Source of the DNA: Vicugna vicugna
Taxonomy: Eukaryota
Assembly (NCBI GenBank): GCA_013265495.1
Contig: MU063738.1
Coordinates: forward strand, 186,001 to 250,000
Reading direction: 5' to 3'
Length of the DNA: 64,000 bases
The number at the start of each line of letters is the position of its first letter. Within the stretch, counting starts at the first letter, position 1. Both the position numbers and the translations under genes were made by a program. The notes below the pieces were generated by a model, which made no database searches, was not told the origin of the DNA, and saw only the letters and a list, made by a program, of their open reading frames with translations. Positions 49,160-62,032 of this stretch are shown here, in pieces.

Positions 49160-49694
49160 ATATGCTATATAGATCTGTTACTTAAGCAGCTTTCCTGAGA
49201 GATCATCTACGTGCCGTACAGTTCAGGCGCGTCAAGGGGTTCGGGGTCTTTAGTATGCTCAGAGTACAACCACTGCCTTGTCTCAATGAGAACATTTTTT
49301 TGGACCCCAAAAAAGAAAAATGAAGCAGCGGTCACTCCCTGTCCTTCCTTTCCGCGAGCTCTGACCAGCGGATAACCTGCCTTCCGAGCCGTCAGTCTCT
49401 CTTCTAGGCATTTCCTGTAAGTAGACCGGACAGTATGTGGCCTTCTGTGATTGGCTTCTTCCACTTACGTAGTATTTTCAAGGCCCACCCTCTGTCGGTC
49501 GTGTGTCTGCACTTCATTCCTTCCCGGGGCTGAGTGGCAGTCGCACGGGGCAGACCACAGCTCGCTGATCCATCCGGCGGTTAACCGGTCGACTTGTGAA
49601 TGCGGCGCTGTGAGCATTCACGTGCGCGCTTTTCAGAAAAAAACCTGTGTGTTTGCTTCTCTTGGCTACATACCTAGGAGTGGGATTGCTGGCT
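49160..49694 (-). mobile_element. Ancient L1MB/MA-like 3' fragment, interrupted by MER2B
   Basis: Hallmarks CAGTATGTGGCCTTCTGTGATTGGCTTCTTCCACTTAC and CTCTTGGCTACATACCTAGGAGTGGGATTGCTGG. Confidence 0.85.
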
Positions 49695-50025
49695 CAGGTG
49701 GTCCTCTGCGTCCACGGGTTCTCCCCTGCATCTGAGGATTCAACTGCCTGTAGACTGAAAATGTCTGAAAAAATTCCAGAAAGTTCTGCAAAGCGAAACT
49801 TGAATTTGCCTCATGCTGGCAACTGTTACCTAGCACTCACCTTGCGTTTGCAGCTGTTTACATAGTGAGCCGCTGTGTGATCTAGACTGACTTCGAGTTT
49901 ACGGGAGGATGGCCGTGGTCGTATGCAGACACTGCACAGTTTCTGGAAGGGACGTGAGCGTCCCCGGGTTTTGGTATCTGAGGGGTCCTGGAACCAGGGC
50001 TCCACGAACACTGCGGACGACTGCA
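49695..50025. mobile_element. MER2B-like Tigger-family MITE
   Basis: AAAATTCCAGAAAGTTCTGCAAAGCGAAACTTGAATTTGCC, ACGGGAGGATG and TTTTGGTATCTGAGGGGTCCTGGAACCA match MER2/MER2B; degenerate terminal inverted repeats; ~330 bp. Confidence 0.85.
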
Positions 50026-51754
50026 CCATGTTTGAGCTGGCTTTTCTCGGCCTGTTCTGAGCACTCTAGGTGGGTTTGCTGTTAAGAATCACAGTGCCTG
50101 TGAGGTAGGTGCTGTCATTCCCGTTTTGTGGAACGAGTAAGCTGAGGCTCAGAGGCATCAAATCACTTGCCCAGGAGCTGGCCTGGAGAGCCAGGACTTG
50201 AACCCCACCGTGCTGGCCTGAGTGCAGTGCCGAGTGGGGTGTTCCCAGCCCACCATAGGTACTCGAGAAACGTCTGTTGCCTCCTGAGGACGTGAGAGAC
50301 CCCTGCATTCTGTGTCCCCATGTGTGATTTTAGGGGCCTCTGTGTTCCCCCAGAATTGAAGGCCCCCCGTGTGGCGCTTGAGAGGCAGAGAGGACCTTCG
50401 ACCCAGTCAGGACATGGGGAGCCCCAGGGATCCCAGCCCTTCTCTGGGCTTTGCTTCCTGTTGCTCAGGGAGGGACCTCCTTCTGGCTCGTACTCCCTGG
50501 AGGGGGCACCCAGGGCCCCAGCAGTGCTGCCCCTGCTCGCTGTGCCGACCAACGAGGGAGGGGGCTGAGTGGGGTGGGGTGGGAGGCGGAAGTGCCACAC
50601 AGACCCCCCGCCCCCCGCCACTCAGAGCCCTGGCCGTGGGCTGAGACTTCCTTGGTAGAAGCCAGGAAAGACCCAGGTCACTCTGCTCTGCACCCTTCCT
50701 TGGTCTCCCTGCTCCTAGCCCTGCTCCCTCAGCCAGCCACCTGCTGGCTTCTGACACGTGGCCCCATGTGCTGGTGGGAGAGCGGGGAGCACGCAGTCGG
50801 TGCCCTGCAGGCCTGTCTGGCGACGCGGAGCATGGCTGCTGCAGCCACTGTGCACCTTCGTCTGCAGGCAGCGTGTCTGCGTCCGGTGCCTCTCCCAGGT
50901 CCCCCTTCCTGGGATCCGCCGGTCAGTGCTACCCCTGCACGCTTGCTGCACTGAGCATGTCACCCACAGGACAGAGCGCCTCGCTCGTGGGTGGGCCAGT
51001 GGCTCCTGCACTTTCCAGAGGAGGAAGTCCAGGGTAGGGACGCGTACCCTGGATGGATAGGAGGGGGTTCTGAGGGCCCAGGGGAGCTCAGGGGGTGTCA
51101 CTGGCTATTCTTCCAGGTGGGGTCGTGTCCCTCTGTCTCACCTCCCCGTCCCCTGCCTGTGGCCACCCTCAGTCTGGTCGTCAGAAAACAGCTCCCCGCT
51201 GCCCCAGCAAGGCGGGCGATGTGACGGCCGTGCAGCCTTCCTCCCCGGGGGTTCAGTCGCCCCGTTCCTGCCCGTGTATGAAGAGCTGGAGTTGCAGTCC
51301 CCAGCTGCCCCTTCTCCTGCACATCTCACTGTTTTTAAGCTCTGGGCTCAACAAGCTGCCTGCTGCCCTGCCACGTCCCCAGCACCCACCTTGTCTCTGG
51401 TGGCCTCCTTCCCACCCGCCAGCACCGCCCGCTGTCCCTCTGCTGGGCCTCTTGGGTTGCCACCTGGACCCAGACTCAGCTCACTGACCCCCAGCCAGCA
51501 GCGCGCCCCCACTCACTGGACGTGGGCCCCTCTGGACTCCAGCCCTCAGGGACTGCCCCCTCCTCACATCCCCTCGTCCTACCCTGACCTCTGTCAGAAA
51601 TCCAGACGTAAGAAAGTTTAAAGGACCAAATCGATAGATAGTGTTTCATAAGAGTTTATTGGGCGGCTGAGGGCAGTCTGTGAACTGGGAGCTCACAGGG
51701 CGCCGCCCCAGGATGGGTTATCGAGAGCCAAGAGGAACAGTTCACCCTTCGTGA

Positions 51755-52217
51755 AGGCTGATCGTCGCCATGAGGGTCATGTGAAGTTTTTGGCTTCCTG
51801 GTGTGAATAAGGTAGGCTGACACCAGGCTGCAGCCTGTTCAGTGTGCAGTACCTCTGAAGAAACATACCTTAATTTAAAAATGCTATTTGCTGGAAAATG
51901 CCGGAACAGTCGCAGTAACATCAGAGACCACTGATCACAGACCGCCACAGCAAAGACAGCGAAGCATGTGATGCAGTGTGTCACGCGTGTGTACGTGCGC
52001 ATTAGGCACTGTATGTGTGTACAGCGCACGTGCAACACAACGCGATGATGAAAGCTGAACTACTGTGAGAATTACCAAAACGTGGCACGGAGACACGAAG
52101 TGCGGAGATGCTGTTGGAGAAAGGTCGCCGAGAGGCTCGCTCGACACGGTTGCCGCCAACCTTGCGTCTGTCGGACGCACGGAGCCTGCGGAGTGCGGTA
52201 GGGCGAGCTGTGCCTGT
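51755..52217 (-). mobile_element. Internally deleted Tigger1 DNA transposon
   Basis: Both termini are recognisable (CATACCTTAATTTAAAAAT; CCACTGATCACAGACCGCCA; GTGAGAATTACCAAAACGTGGCACGGAGACACGAAGTG...TGCCTGT), with a decayed purine-pyrimidine microsatellite at ~51966-52035. Confidence 0.85.
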
Positions 52218-55200
52218 CTCCTGCTGCGTCTGCGAAGATGGCTTACGCTCCCTTTGTGATCCTCAGAAGCATTCACAAAAAGCAACCTAAGTCTTGCTTT
52301 GTTCGTGAAATGAGCTAGATTTAATATTTATGTGGCTTAAACGGTTTTGTCTGCTCGGGGAATTCTCAGTCCGGTCTCTCTTTTGTGTTAAATTTGAACG
52401 CCCCCAGGCCATTCCTGCAGGAATAGTGATGTTACAAAGAAAACGGCTGTGCCCCCACCAACAGGTCCGGTGGACAGGCTGCCCTGGGGGCTGGATGGAG
52501 ACATCGGGGATTCAGAGACTTGCAGGGCCATACGGGGCCTGAAGTTCACCTAGGCCAGCGTGTGTCCCTCTCCAAGTCCTGCCTGCGACACCCCTGCCGG
52601 TGGTCTGGCCTCGGCTCGAGTAGCCCCGACGACGGGGCACTCGTTACTGCACAAAACCCGCATCCCGCCAGGACCTTTGCCCTGAGTCTGTGAGATCAGG
52701 CGTCTGCCTCCAGCCCTCGCCGCTCCTCTGGGGAGAAGCAGAGGTGGCCAGGCTGCCCCGTGAGGAGCCGCAGCTGTGTCTGGGTCGAGTCCAGAGCCGG
52801 GGCCAGTCCGGGTCCGGGCAGTGTGGTGGGACCCTCCTTCCCTGTGACTTGGCTCGAAGAGCAGAGGGAGGTGCTGTTAGGAGAGACCGAGTTAGGCGCC
52901 CGGAGTGCGCGTGACAGAAAGTTGGAGGCATGGAAGCGGCCTGGCTCCGCGCGTGGCCACGGCAAACGCCGCTTCCCAGTTCCCAGTTCCAGGGAGAGGT
53001 CTGACGGGCGCCTGCCCAGGAGTCTGGTGCCACTGTGGTTCAGCCCACCCTGGTGGCCCCATCCGGGGCTCCTGCTGGCTTGGAAGAGCCCTGGACAGGG
53101 AGCCGGCCCCACTCCCCTACTCTGGGACCTCTCAGGGCTCTCGTGTCCCCGGCTGCTGCGGGTGTGCTGTGTGTGGACCCTTGCAGGTGACCTGGGGGCT
53201 GAGCTCTGCAGGGGGACAGCCGTGTGGGGCGGGTGCCCCACCCCTGGGTCAGAGTCACCAGCAGCAACACGGAGGGGATGGTCCTCTGCCCACCCCCTGC
53301 CCCTTCCTCTGGCTGGGCAGAGAGGCTGCAGCCCCATGGTCTCTACTCCCCACCAGGCCAGGGCCCTTCTTGTGCTGGGCAGTGGTGGGTGTGCAGCCAT
53401 GCCTCAGCTCCGCGTGCCTAACCTGGCAGCCTCTTCTCCCTGCGCGCCCCAGCAGGTGGGGCCCCTGGAGCCAGGGGCGGCGTCCTGCTGTGCCCGCTGC
53501 GCCTCCCACGGCGCGGGCTGTGGGCGGTCCAGGCTTGTTCTCTGCTCGTCACCGGGCTGCCCTGCCGGTCTGTCTCCTGCCTGGCGCTGATTCGCCCCTT
53601 CCAAGGTCTCCCCCAACACCGGCTAGTTGCCTCCTCCAGGAAGCTGCCCCCAGGTGGTGCTCCCGGCGAGGTCTTTGTGCCTGTGTCCCACGGTCCCTCA
53701 GCAGGAGAGCCTCTCCTGCTCGGCTGGACCACCTGAGCCGGGGACAGGGGGCACTCCCCACGGCACCTGGCTCCCGAGCTCAGTGGTGCTGCCTCCTGGG
53801 TTTGGAGCCACACGGGGCTCCAAGTAGGGAATTTCCCCTCACCCTCCCCTCCTCCAGCCCGTTGGCGCTCTGAGGACGTGTCTGCCCCTCCTGGTCTGAC
53901 TGCCCACGTCTGCTCTGGCCCTCAGGTCAGGCAGGAGAAAGCCGGCTTCTTCAGGGAAGATGCTGTGTCCCCAGGACTCACACGACCCACTTCAGTTTCC
54001 AGAGACTGCTCGCTGCCAGGGGTGTTGGCGGCAGTGGCATCTCTGAAGGGCGAGTGGCACGTCTTCTCCCCAGGGCCCGCCTGGCAGTGGGAGGAAGGAG
54101 GGCGCTTGGAAACAGAGGCACAGACTGCTTGCTCCTCGCTGACCACCCCCCTCACTGAGGGCGAACTGGTCCCAGCTCTGGGCTCGGCCCCAGTGACACT
54201 TTGCCCCTGGAGGTTGCCGCTCTGTCCATCCCACAGGGAAGGGGAGCTGCATGCGATGTGAGTGAGTGACTTCCACACCTGCTCAGCCTCAGTTTCCTCG
54301 TCTGTAAAGTGGGCACAACAGCACCTTCCTCATGGGGCTGAGTGTGGAGGGAGATGCCTTCACAGGACCCTCCCCTGCACCCACGCCCTTCCTCAGCCCA
54401 GGGTCCCCAGGACGTCCCCCACAATAAACCCGCTGGCTGGGGAAGCCCGGGCTGGGGGCCAGAGGTCAGGGTCCGAGCTCACAGGGAGGCCATGGCTCCT
54501 CCTCTGTGCACTGGAAGAATCCGTGTGCTGTGCATCCACCAGGGCCTGAGTCTGTTCGTCCCCTGGGAGCTGCTGGAAGCTGGGCTGAGTGTCCTTCATC
54601 TGCGGCCCTGCCACAGCAGGGGGCTTGCACAGGACCTGGAGGGAAGTGAGGGTGAGGAACAGGTGAGGGGGTTTTAAACAGTCGGATGTCTAGGGGTTAC
54701 TCTCGAGGTTGGATGGGCGGACGCCTGCTGCCCTCAGTAATCAGGGAAGTGGTCTGCACGCCCTTCCTGACCTCAGGAGGTCTGATCTGCCCCGGACCCC
54801 AGGCCTCCCGTCCAGACCATGACTGCTCGGGTGCTGGGGTGCGTGAACATGGCCTCGATGGGTGTGCCTCCTGCTTCAGGGTCTCCCTCCTGCCCCCTGA
54901 AGGGGTGCTTGGTGGGCAGGATCATGGTTGCCAGAGGGGAGGGGGCAGCGCCCAGTGGACCCCACCTTCTCAGTGACCTGCTGCCCAGACCAGTAGCTGC
55001 ACTGCTCCTGGGGGGCTTCGGGGCCACTGAGCTGAGCCGCTCACCGGCAGCTGTGACCCAGGCAGAGGTGACTGGTCTCTGAGAGGAGTGGGCAGAGTAG
55101 GGTGGGGAGGCAGGGCCTGGACGGGCTGGGCTGAGCCGTGGTCGGCATCTGTTGGCCTGGCTCTGGGTCATGAGATCTGACTGCATGCAGTCTGTGTGAC

Positions 55201-58200
55201 CCAGGAGAACCAAGGACAGGAGATGTGCTTGCACTGGGGACCTCTGCAGCCCATGCACGTGTGGCTGGCCCCCAGCCTGCCCTGGGGCACAGGCACTTGC
55301 CCTGCTGGTGCTCAGAGGCCAACTCGGGACAGGTCAGATTCAGGCATTTCCATCACTGCCCCCTACAAACCAGGCTGCTCACAGGGGTCACGGTTTCGGA
55401 GCCAAGGGGCAGAGCTGCTTTGTGGAGGGTCGGGAAAGGGTCCAGTCTCAGGCCGCCTGGGGTGGCAGAGTCCCCCTCGTCCAAGGGACCTACCAGAGGT
55501 AACAGTGATGCCCGGGGCAGCTGGCGGCCCAAGGCTGGCCCAGCTCCAGGCTTTGTGATTATGAGGTGACCCCTGGATCCCCCAGGACAAGGGCCCCTGG
55601 ATCCCCCAGACTCCGTCCCCAGGGCATCTCGCATTCCCACGGGTGGCAGGCACTGCAGGTGTGTTGCACACTCAGGGGTGGTGTCACACACTTGCCTTTC
55701 TGGTGCCCCTCCCTGGGTCCCTCAGGGTGGCCCTTGCCTGGCTCAGCTGGGCCTGAGATGCGGGGCTGGCCCTTCCCTCCTGCCGCTGACCCCCAGGCCC
55801 TGTACTGATGGGCCTCCCTGGGCCTCCACCTCTGTGTGGCCACCTCCTGTCCCTCTTGTCCCTGTGAGCGCTGACCCTGCAGGGCCACCAGCTGGGCTGG
55901 GGTCCTGCTGTGTGTGGAGTGTGTAAGGGGGTCCTGACACAGAGGGGCCCCCTGCCGCCACTAATCTCCATTCGGGGCCCTGGGGCTGGAACCAGGGATC
56001 TGTGCCTCCAGCCGTCTGCTCAGAGACCCCAGGATACCTGTCACCCTGAAGCCCCCTCCTGCCTCCACATAGACGCACCGCACACACACCACACACATCA
56101 CACACACTCTCACGCTCACATTAAAAGCCCTTGCTCTCGACCCAGACCCCTGCCCCTGGCCACTCCCTCTCTGGGGTTATGCTCAGCAGAGCTCATGTGT
56201 TCACAGCTGTAATGTTTGGTCAGGAAAAAGATTGCCTCAGTTTCTAATGGTTTTGCCCAAAAATGCAGCTGTGCGTCTGGGGGGAAGGGTGGCGGGGCTG
56301 GTGGTCTCTCACGTTCAGAGCAGTGTCCGCACTGGGAGTCACTGCTCCGCCTCAGGTCCCGTCCCACCAGAGCCTCCCGGCCGTGGAGCAGGTCTCGAGC
56401 GGACCTGGCAGACCAGTTGCGCCAACACTCACAGCACAAACTCAGGCCCTGGGCCCCCCGGCACGTCAGGGACTGAGCCCCAGGCCCAGCTGTACAGCCC
56501 GCTCTTCCCATAACCTGCGCTAGGTAGCCTGCGGCTGTGGTCCCCAGCGTCCCTCACCCCCTTGGCCGTCCATTTGGGTCTCTACCTGCCCACCCTGCTC
56601 CCTGACCCTGGGTCCTGGGGGTGCCTGTGGACTGGGAGATGTTGTGGGGTGCCGGGCAGGTGTTCGAGGTGAACTGGGAGAAGGGCTGGGCTCCGCCGTC
56701 CTGGGTCAGGGCTGGCCCTGCTGGGATGCGGCAGGCTTGCTAGGGATGGAGGGGTCCGAGGGGCAGCTCAGTTACTGGTGTGTCCTTTGTCACTTCCCAA
56801 ACAAGAGCTTTGGGCCACGTTGTCTGTGGGTTCCCTCAACCCTTGTCCCCAGAGTTTTATCTGTCTGTGATTTAGGAATCCCATGCCCAGGGTCTGGGTC
56901 CGAGGAGAACAGGTGCTCGGGGCTGCAGGAACCCCAGCCTCGCCTGGAGCGCTCTCCTCTGACCCTCCTTGCTCCGGTGGACAGGACGGGATGTGGGGGC
57001 GGAGGCTTGAGGAGGCTGCGACGCTGGCCTTAGTCACACGGCGGTTAGGGGATAGAGGGGCTGCAGGACGGAGGCCTGGGGTTTGGGGACCTTACTCTGG
57101 ATGCAGGGAAGGTGCACACACGTCATTGCAGCAGGAGAGACCAAAGTGAGACACTGGGGTGGACTTCCCAGGGGTCAGGGGCGGGTGGCCTCCAGGACTA
57201 GTCCCTTTGCTGCTACGTGGTGTGGGGAGATGGCCTCACTCCTGGGACAGGTGCCCACAAGGAACTTACAGAAATGAGCCATTTATTTTCAAAACGAGCT
57301 AGAAAATTGATTCATTAAACTTTATCCTCTGCCTTCCAGGACCAGATGCTGGACTGGGCATGCAAAAAATAAAGACACAAATTTATCTTCACGGGTTGAT
57401 CTCTGTTAGCCACCTGCTCCTGTGGGAGGCATCGTGCTGGCTACCCTGTTTGCTTCTCATAATTTCGGCGAAGATCCAGCATCCAGTTAGGTCTCCACTG
57501 TCTGCGTAGCCAAGGCCGGAGCGGGGCGATCTGCAGAGGCCCCCAGTATCCAGACCGTGGCTCCCTGGTTGGGGGGCAGTCGGTGGGCACGTGGAGGGCT
57601 GTGTGGGCACCTGGCTTCTGGCTGGGGTGGGGGGCGGGGGCTGGAGGCTGAGACCCTGCAGACTTAGGCTGAGTCTTCCTGCTGAGCTGTGGGGACTGGC
57701 TTGTCACTGTCTGAGGGAAACCGGCCTCATCTCCGCAGGGGCAGTGCCAGACCTCCATCCAGCAGGACTCGGTGAGGACAGGTTCCATGGTTAGACCTGC
57801 GGGCTGGCCGTCCCCTCCTGCGGCCTTTGGTGAGGGCGAGGTGGAGGGCGTAGTCCAGGCCCGTGGGGCCTTGAGGCTCATTTTATTTCCAGCAACTGGC
57901 CTTGGACTCTCCATCCTCTGGCCAGTCTTTCTTGGAGCCTCGTTTTGCAAAGTGCGGCCCTGACCACCTGCACCGGCATGGGCAGGCCCCCTTCCCGGAC
58001 TCTGCGGGCTTTGAGGATGGACAGGCAGCCGTGCTGTTGTCTTAACAAGCACCCCGTCAGCTCTTGGCCCCACCTTGTATTTGCTCCCCAGGCCCTCCCT
58101 CACCCCCGCCTGCGACCCTGCTGCCTCCCGGTGCCGTCCACAATTCCCTGCTTGGATGGCTGTGACCCTAGTGAGGAGAACACTGCCCTGGGAACCCTGG

Positions 58201-59086
58201 TTGCTTCCTCATCCTCAGCCCTGCCAGTCGGCAGCTGCCCCAGGCTGCAACCTGTGCCCCCAGGGAGGCTGGGCAGCTCTCAGCCCTTGAGGACTAGGCT
58301 TCTCCTCTGGCCGTTCCGGCCTCTGTCTCTGCTCAGACGCAGGAACTCCGCCCCTGGTGTGGGAAGGAACCCTGGAGACAGGAGGCAGCATGTGCTGTGC
58401 GGCCATGGACAGGTTGCTCCACCTCTCTGGGCCCCCTCTTCCTGCAGGAGTCTTGAGACCTGGTGTTGCATCTTTGGCATCTGTTTCCTTAGCTTCTAGT
58501 GGGAGAGGTGGCCTCTCCAGGGAGGGACTCTGAGGTTTGGCTTTTTGCCAGGGCACACGTGCTGTAGGAAGGTTCTGTGAGCTCACAGCAGCCACCACTG
58601 GGCAAGGTCTGACCATTTAGCTCCACGGAGGGCTGGCCTTGGAGGCACCTGGAGGCAGAGAGGCCTTGGGCTGCGCCTGTCTTCTCACGGTCTTAACTTC
58701 AGCTCCAGAAGAGATGCAGGCTGGGTGACGGTGGTCGAGCCACGTTGGAGGGAGAGTCAGCCTCGCAGATGGGGAGCTCGTCCCGGTGGTTGGGACGGGC
58801 ATCGCCTCAGTCCCAGGGTCCACTCCAGGTCGAGGAAGCCAGGCCCCGTGTACCATTAAAGGTCTAAGGTCCCCAAAGTCAGATGCCACCCCTAAGTGGT
58901 GAGGGACCTCGAGGCCTGCTGGCCCGGCCCACAAGGAGGCCGAGGAGGGTGGGGCAGCATGCACCCTCCCCGGGGGTCCCGCTCGCCCTGGGTGGGCCTG
59001 GAAGGACACTTCTTGTCCTCTGCGACCTGAGGGTCTGTCCTCCCCTCCATTTTCTCCTTCACACAAGCTGGACTGTGAGACACAGC

Positions 59087-59297
59087 CAGGGCGCGGTGGC
59101 AGAGTTTCAGTCTAAGGATCGGAGAGTAAATATTCAGGCTCTGCGGCCGCACAGCCGGGGCGGCAACTGCTCACCTCTGTGGCCGCATGAAAGCAGCCGG
59201 AGAGGATGTGTGCTGGTGTGTGTGCTGTGTTCCAACAATGTTTATTCACCAAGTCGGAGGGTCTGGACTTGGTGAGTGGGTCACAGGTTACCACCTG
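59087..59297 (+). mobile_element. MER58A (hAT-Charlie MITE)
   Basis: AGTAAATATTCAGGCTCTGCGGCC, CAACTGCTCACCTCTG, GAAAGCAGCC and GCTGTGTTCCAACAATGTTTATT in consensus order; ~210 bp. Confidence 0.85.
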
Positions 59298-59369
59298 GGG
59301 GGCACCTGGGCCGCAGGGACAAAGTGGATGCAGCCTCTGCTCCAGGGACGAGATGGTGAGTGGGAAGCG

Positions 59370-59910
59370 CGAGGCCGGGGCGAGGCCAGGCAGGCTTCCC
59401 TGAGGAGGTGTCATCTGAGCTGAGCTGAGAGAGGCATTAACTCAGCGAGGCGGAGGGGGGCACAGCGTATGCAAAGGCCCCAAAGGGGGGCATTAAAAGG
59501 AATAAAAGGTGTGTGTGGCTGGCATGAGAGACCCAGGGGACAGGAGGATGAGATGCCGCTGGACTCAGCAGGGGCTCGATGGTCATGTGTGGGGTGGCTC
59601 CTGTCCCTGGATGGTGTCAGGTGGTGACGTGATCAGATTGCTTCGGGCCCGTGCAGAACTGACAGGGCAGCGCGAGGGCGTCAAGGGGTCGGCAGGACCT
59701 CTGGGCCAGGGTGTGGAGGAGTTCACCCTGGGCCACCGAGGCCGAGAAGGCCGAATCATGTGGAAACCAGAGCGTGGTACCCAAGGGGAAGGCAGGTGCA
59801 GTCGAGTGACCATCACAGGCGGTTCAGTGCGACTCGTGGTCACTGGTGTGTGACCTCACAGAGCTGAGTGTCGGGGTGAGGGGCAGGCCCCTGTGGTTTT
59901 GGTGGCATCT
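59370..59910 (-). mobile_element. L2 fragment
   Basis: AGGCTTCCCTGAGGAGGTGTCATCTGAGCTGAG and GCACAGCGTATGCAAAGGCCC are standard reverse L2 motifs. Confidence 0.7.
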
Positions 59911-61519
59911 TAAACAGGAAAGGTGCAGGGAGGGGAGGGGATGTTGAATTGAGAAAGAACAGGCCAGGGGCCCCGTCAAACAGGGAAGGACCTCTGGGGG
60001 ACAGGAGGGCGGGGAGGGGTCTGTGGTCCCACCTGGGGTGGGAGCGTTGGCAAGGTTCCTCCAGGGCTTCTGGGAGCAGCAGGCAGGGTGTGGGGAGCAC
60101 ATCTGCGGGGAGGGAGGCAGAGGGGCCGCAGGGGGATTAAAGCTTCCGTGCAGCGTTGAGGGCCCGGTCTCAGGGCACTGGGAGCCGTGTCTCAGGCGCT
60201 CGGGCCGCGATAACCGGCACCACGGGCCAGGCGACGTTTCCCTGTGCTCTGGAGGCTGGGCACCGAGGTCGAGGTGCCGGGGTCCCCTCAGCACGGCCCT
60301 CCCCCCGCGACAGACGGGCCCTCGTGGGAAGGAACAAGCTCTCGGCCTCTTCTGAGCGCTAAGCCCACCCGTGGGGGCTCCGCCTCGGGGCCTGGTCACC
60401 CTGGAGGCCTGCTCCGCATACCACCGCTCTGAGCGTGAGATTCGACACGTGAACTGGGGGCACATTCAGTCCGGGCGAGGAGACTTCTCCAGGGCCGGTG
60501 TCTCCCCAGGTGAGTGTCACAGACGCTCAGTGGCCCGTCAGCCACTGGGTCCTCAGGAGCGTGTCCTCACTCTCCCAAGTGAGGTGGAGTTCAGCCCGGC
60601 AAGCACCTCTCCTTTGTGCGTCTGTCACACATCATCTCTGTGCAGGTGTTTGACGTCCACGTTATCATAGGTCCCACAGGGAAGCAACATAGTTCAGCAG
60701 TATTTCCTGGACGATAGAGTAGCTCCCTGTTGTCTTCTCTGCCCGCCTCCTGCACTCTGACCCTGCCTGGTCCAGGTCGGCTCGGGCTGGTCTGTGAACT
60801 GGCCCCTCGTGGCACCCACTTCCCGGCCTCCACTCCCTGCGGACCTCCCGGCCTCCTTGAACAGACCAGCCTCTCCTCCACTGGAAACCTCTGCGGTCCC
60901 TGCTGGGGAGTCAGTCCAAGCCCCTTTCCTTGGACTTCAGGGCCCCTTGGACGCGGGCCCCCAGCTGGTGTCCTGGGCATGGGGGCCCGTCAGCACCGCG
61001 TCCTCGTTGGTTCTTCTTCTTTGGTGACTCGCTCATCCTGGGGCTTGGACGGTTGGCTCCTTGAGAGAAGGTGTGGCCTCCGCTGCACCTGGGTTGCTTG
61101 CAAGGCAGTCCAGGCTCCTCGATTCTGATCCGACCAGGTTACTGAGTGTCTCCTCCGTATCAGACACAGTCAGATTTACTCTGAACTTTCACAGCAGTTT
61201 TGAGAAGTAGGTATTATTTTCTGAGATTTTTATATGAGGGGGTTGAATTTGAGAGAGATTTGTTTGGAGTCCTCTGGCAGCAGTGGGGTCCCTGGGATCA
61301 CAGCAGGAGCTCCCTGCCTGGCTGCCTCTGGTGGTGTGTGTGTCGGGGGGGGCAGGGCATCAGGTGGGGCTGTGGCCTTGGCCGTTGGGGTGGGATAGGC
61401 TGATGGCATCTGCAGGAAGCTTGCGTTCCACTTGGTGGGGAAGGACTGGGCGTGCTCCCCGAGGTCGGGGCAAAGTCAAGAGCCCCTCTCACGACTCCCA
61501 CTGCACGCTGTGCGGGGGT

Positions 61520-62032
61520 CTCGCCAGGGCAGCTGAGGAAGAAAAAGGAACAAAAGGCATCTGGACAGAAAGAAAGGTGTGAAACTCTCTCCCTTTGCCT
61601 GATCTTGTCAATGGAAAGTTGTNNNNNNNNNNNNNNNNNNNNNNNNNNNNNNNNNNNNNNNNNNNNNNNNNNNNNNNNNNNNNNNNNNNNNNNNNNNNNN
61701 NNNNNNNNNNNNNNNNNNNNNNNNNNNNNNNNNNNNNNNNNNNNNNNNNNNNNNNNNNNNNNNNNNNNNNNNNNNNNNNNNNNNNNNNNNNNNNNNNNNN
61801 NNNNNNNNNNNNNNNNNNNNNNNNNNNNNNNNNNNNNNNNNNNNNNNNNNNNNNNNNNNNNNNNNNNNNNNNNNNNNNNNNNGCTCAGCATGTGGCAGGA
61901 CATGGGGTCAATACACAGAAATGGGCTGAATTTGCACCTGTTAGCAATGAACAATCTAAAAACGAAATTAAAGCAATTCTGTTTACAGCAGCATCAAGGA
62001 GAATCAAATATCTAGAAATAAATTTAACAAAA
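61520..62032 (+). mobile_element. Ancient L1 ORF2 (RT region) fragment spanning the gap
   Basis: Left flank resembles L1 ...GAAAAAGAAATAAAAGGCATCCAGATTGG...; right flank translates [48 protein letters not shown], like L1 ORF2 [49 protein letters not shown]. Confidence 0.9.
61623..61882. other. Assembly gap (260 N)
   Basis: Run of N. Confidence 1.

Noticed and set aside
52411-52424. 14-bp perfect palindrome ATTCCTGCAGGAAT
   Set aside because: About four such palindromes are expected by chance in 64 kb (4^-7 per position).
52696-53873. Overlapping 234-322 aa ORFs in intron 1
   Set aside because: Very GC-rich sequence open in several frames at once; no homology that I recognise.
57545-57553. 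GTATCC as a possible U12 donor
   Set aside because: Continues AG rather than TT, and no U12 branch site was seen.
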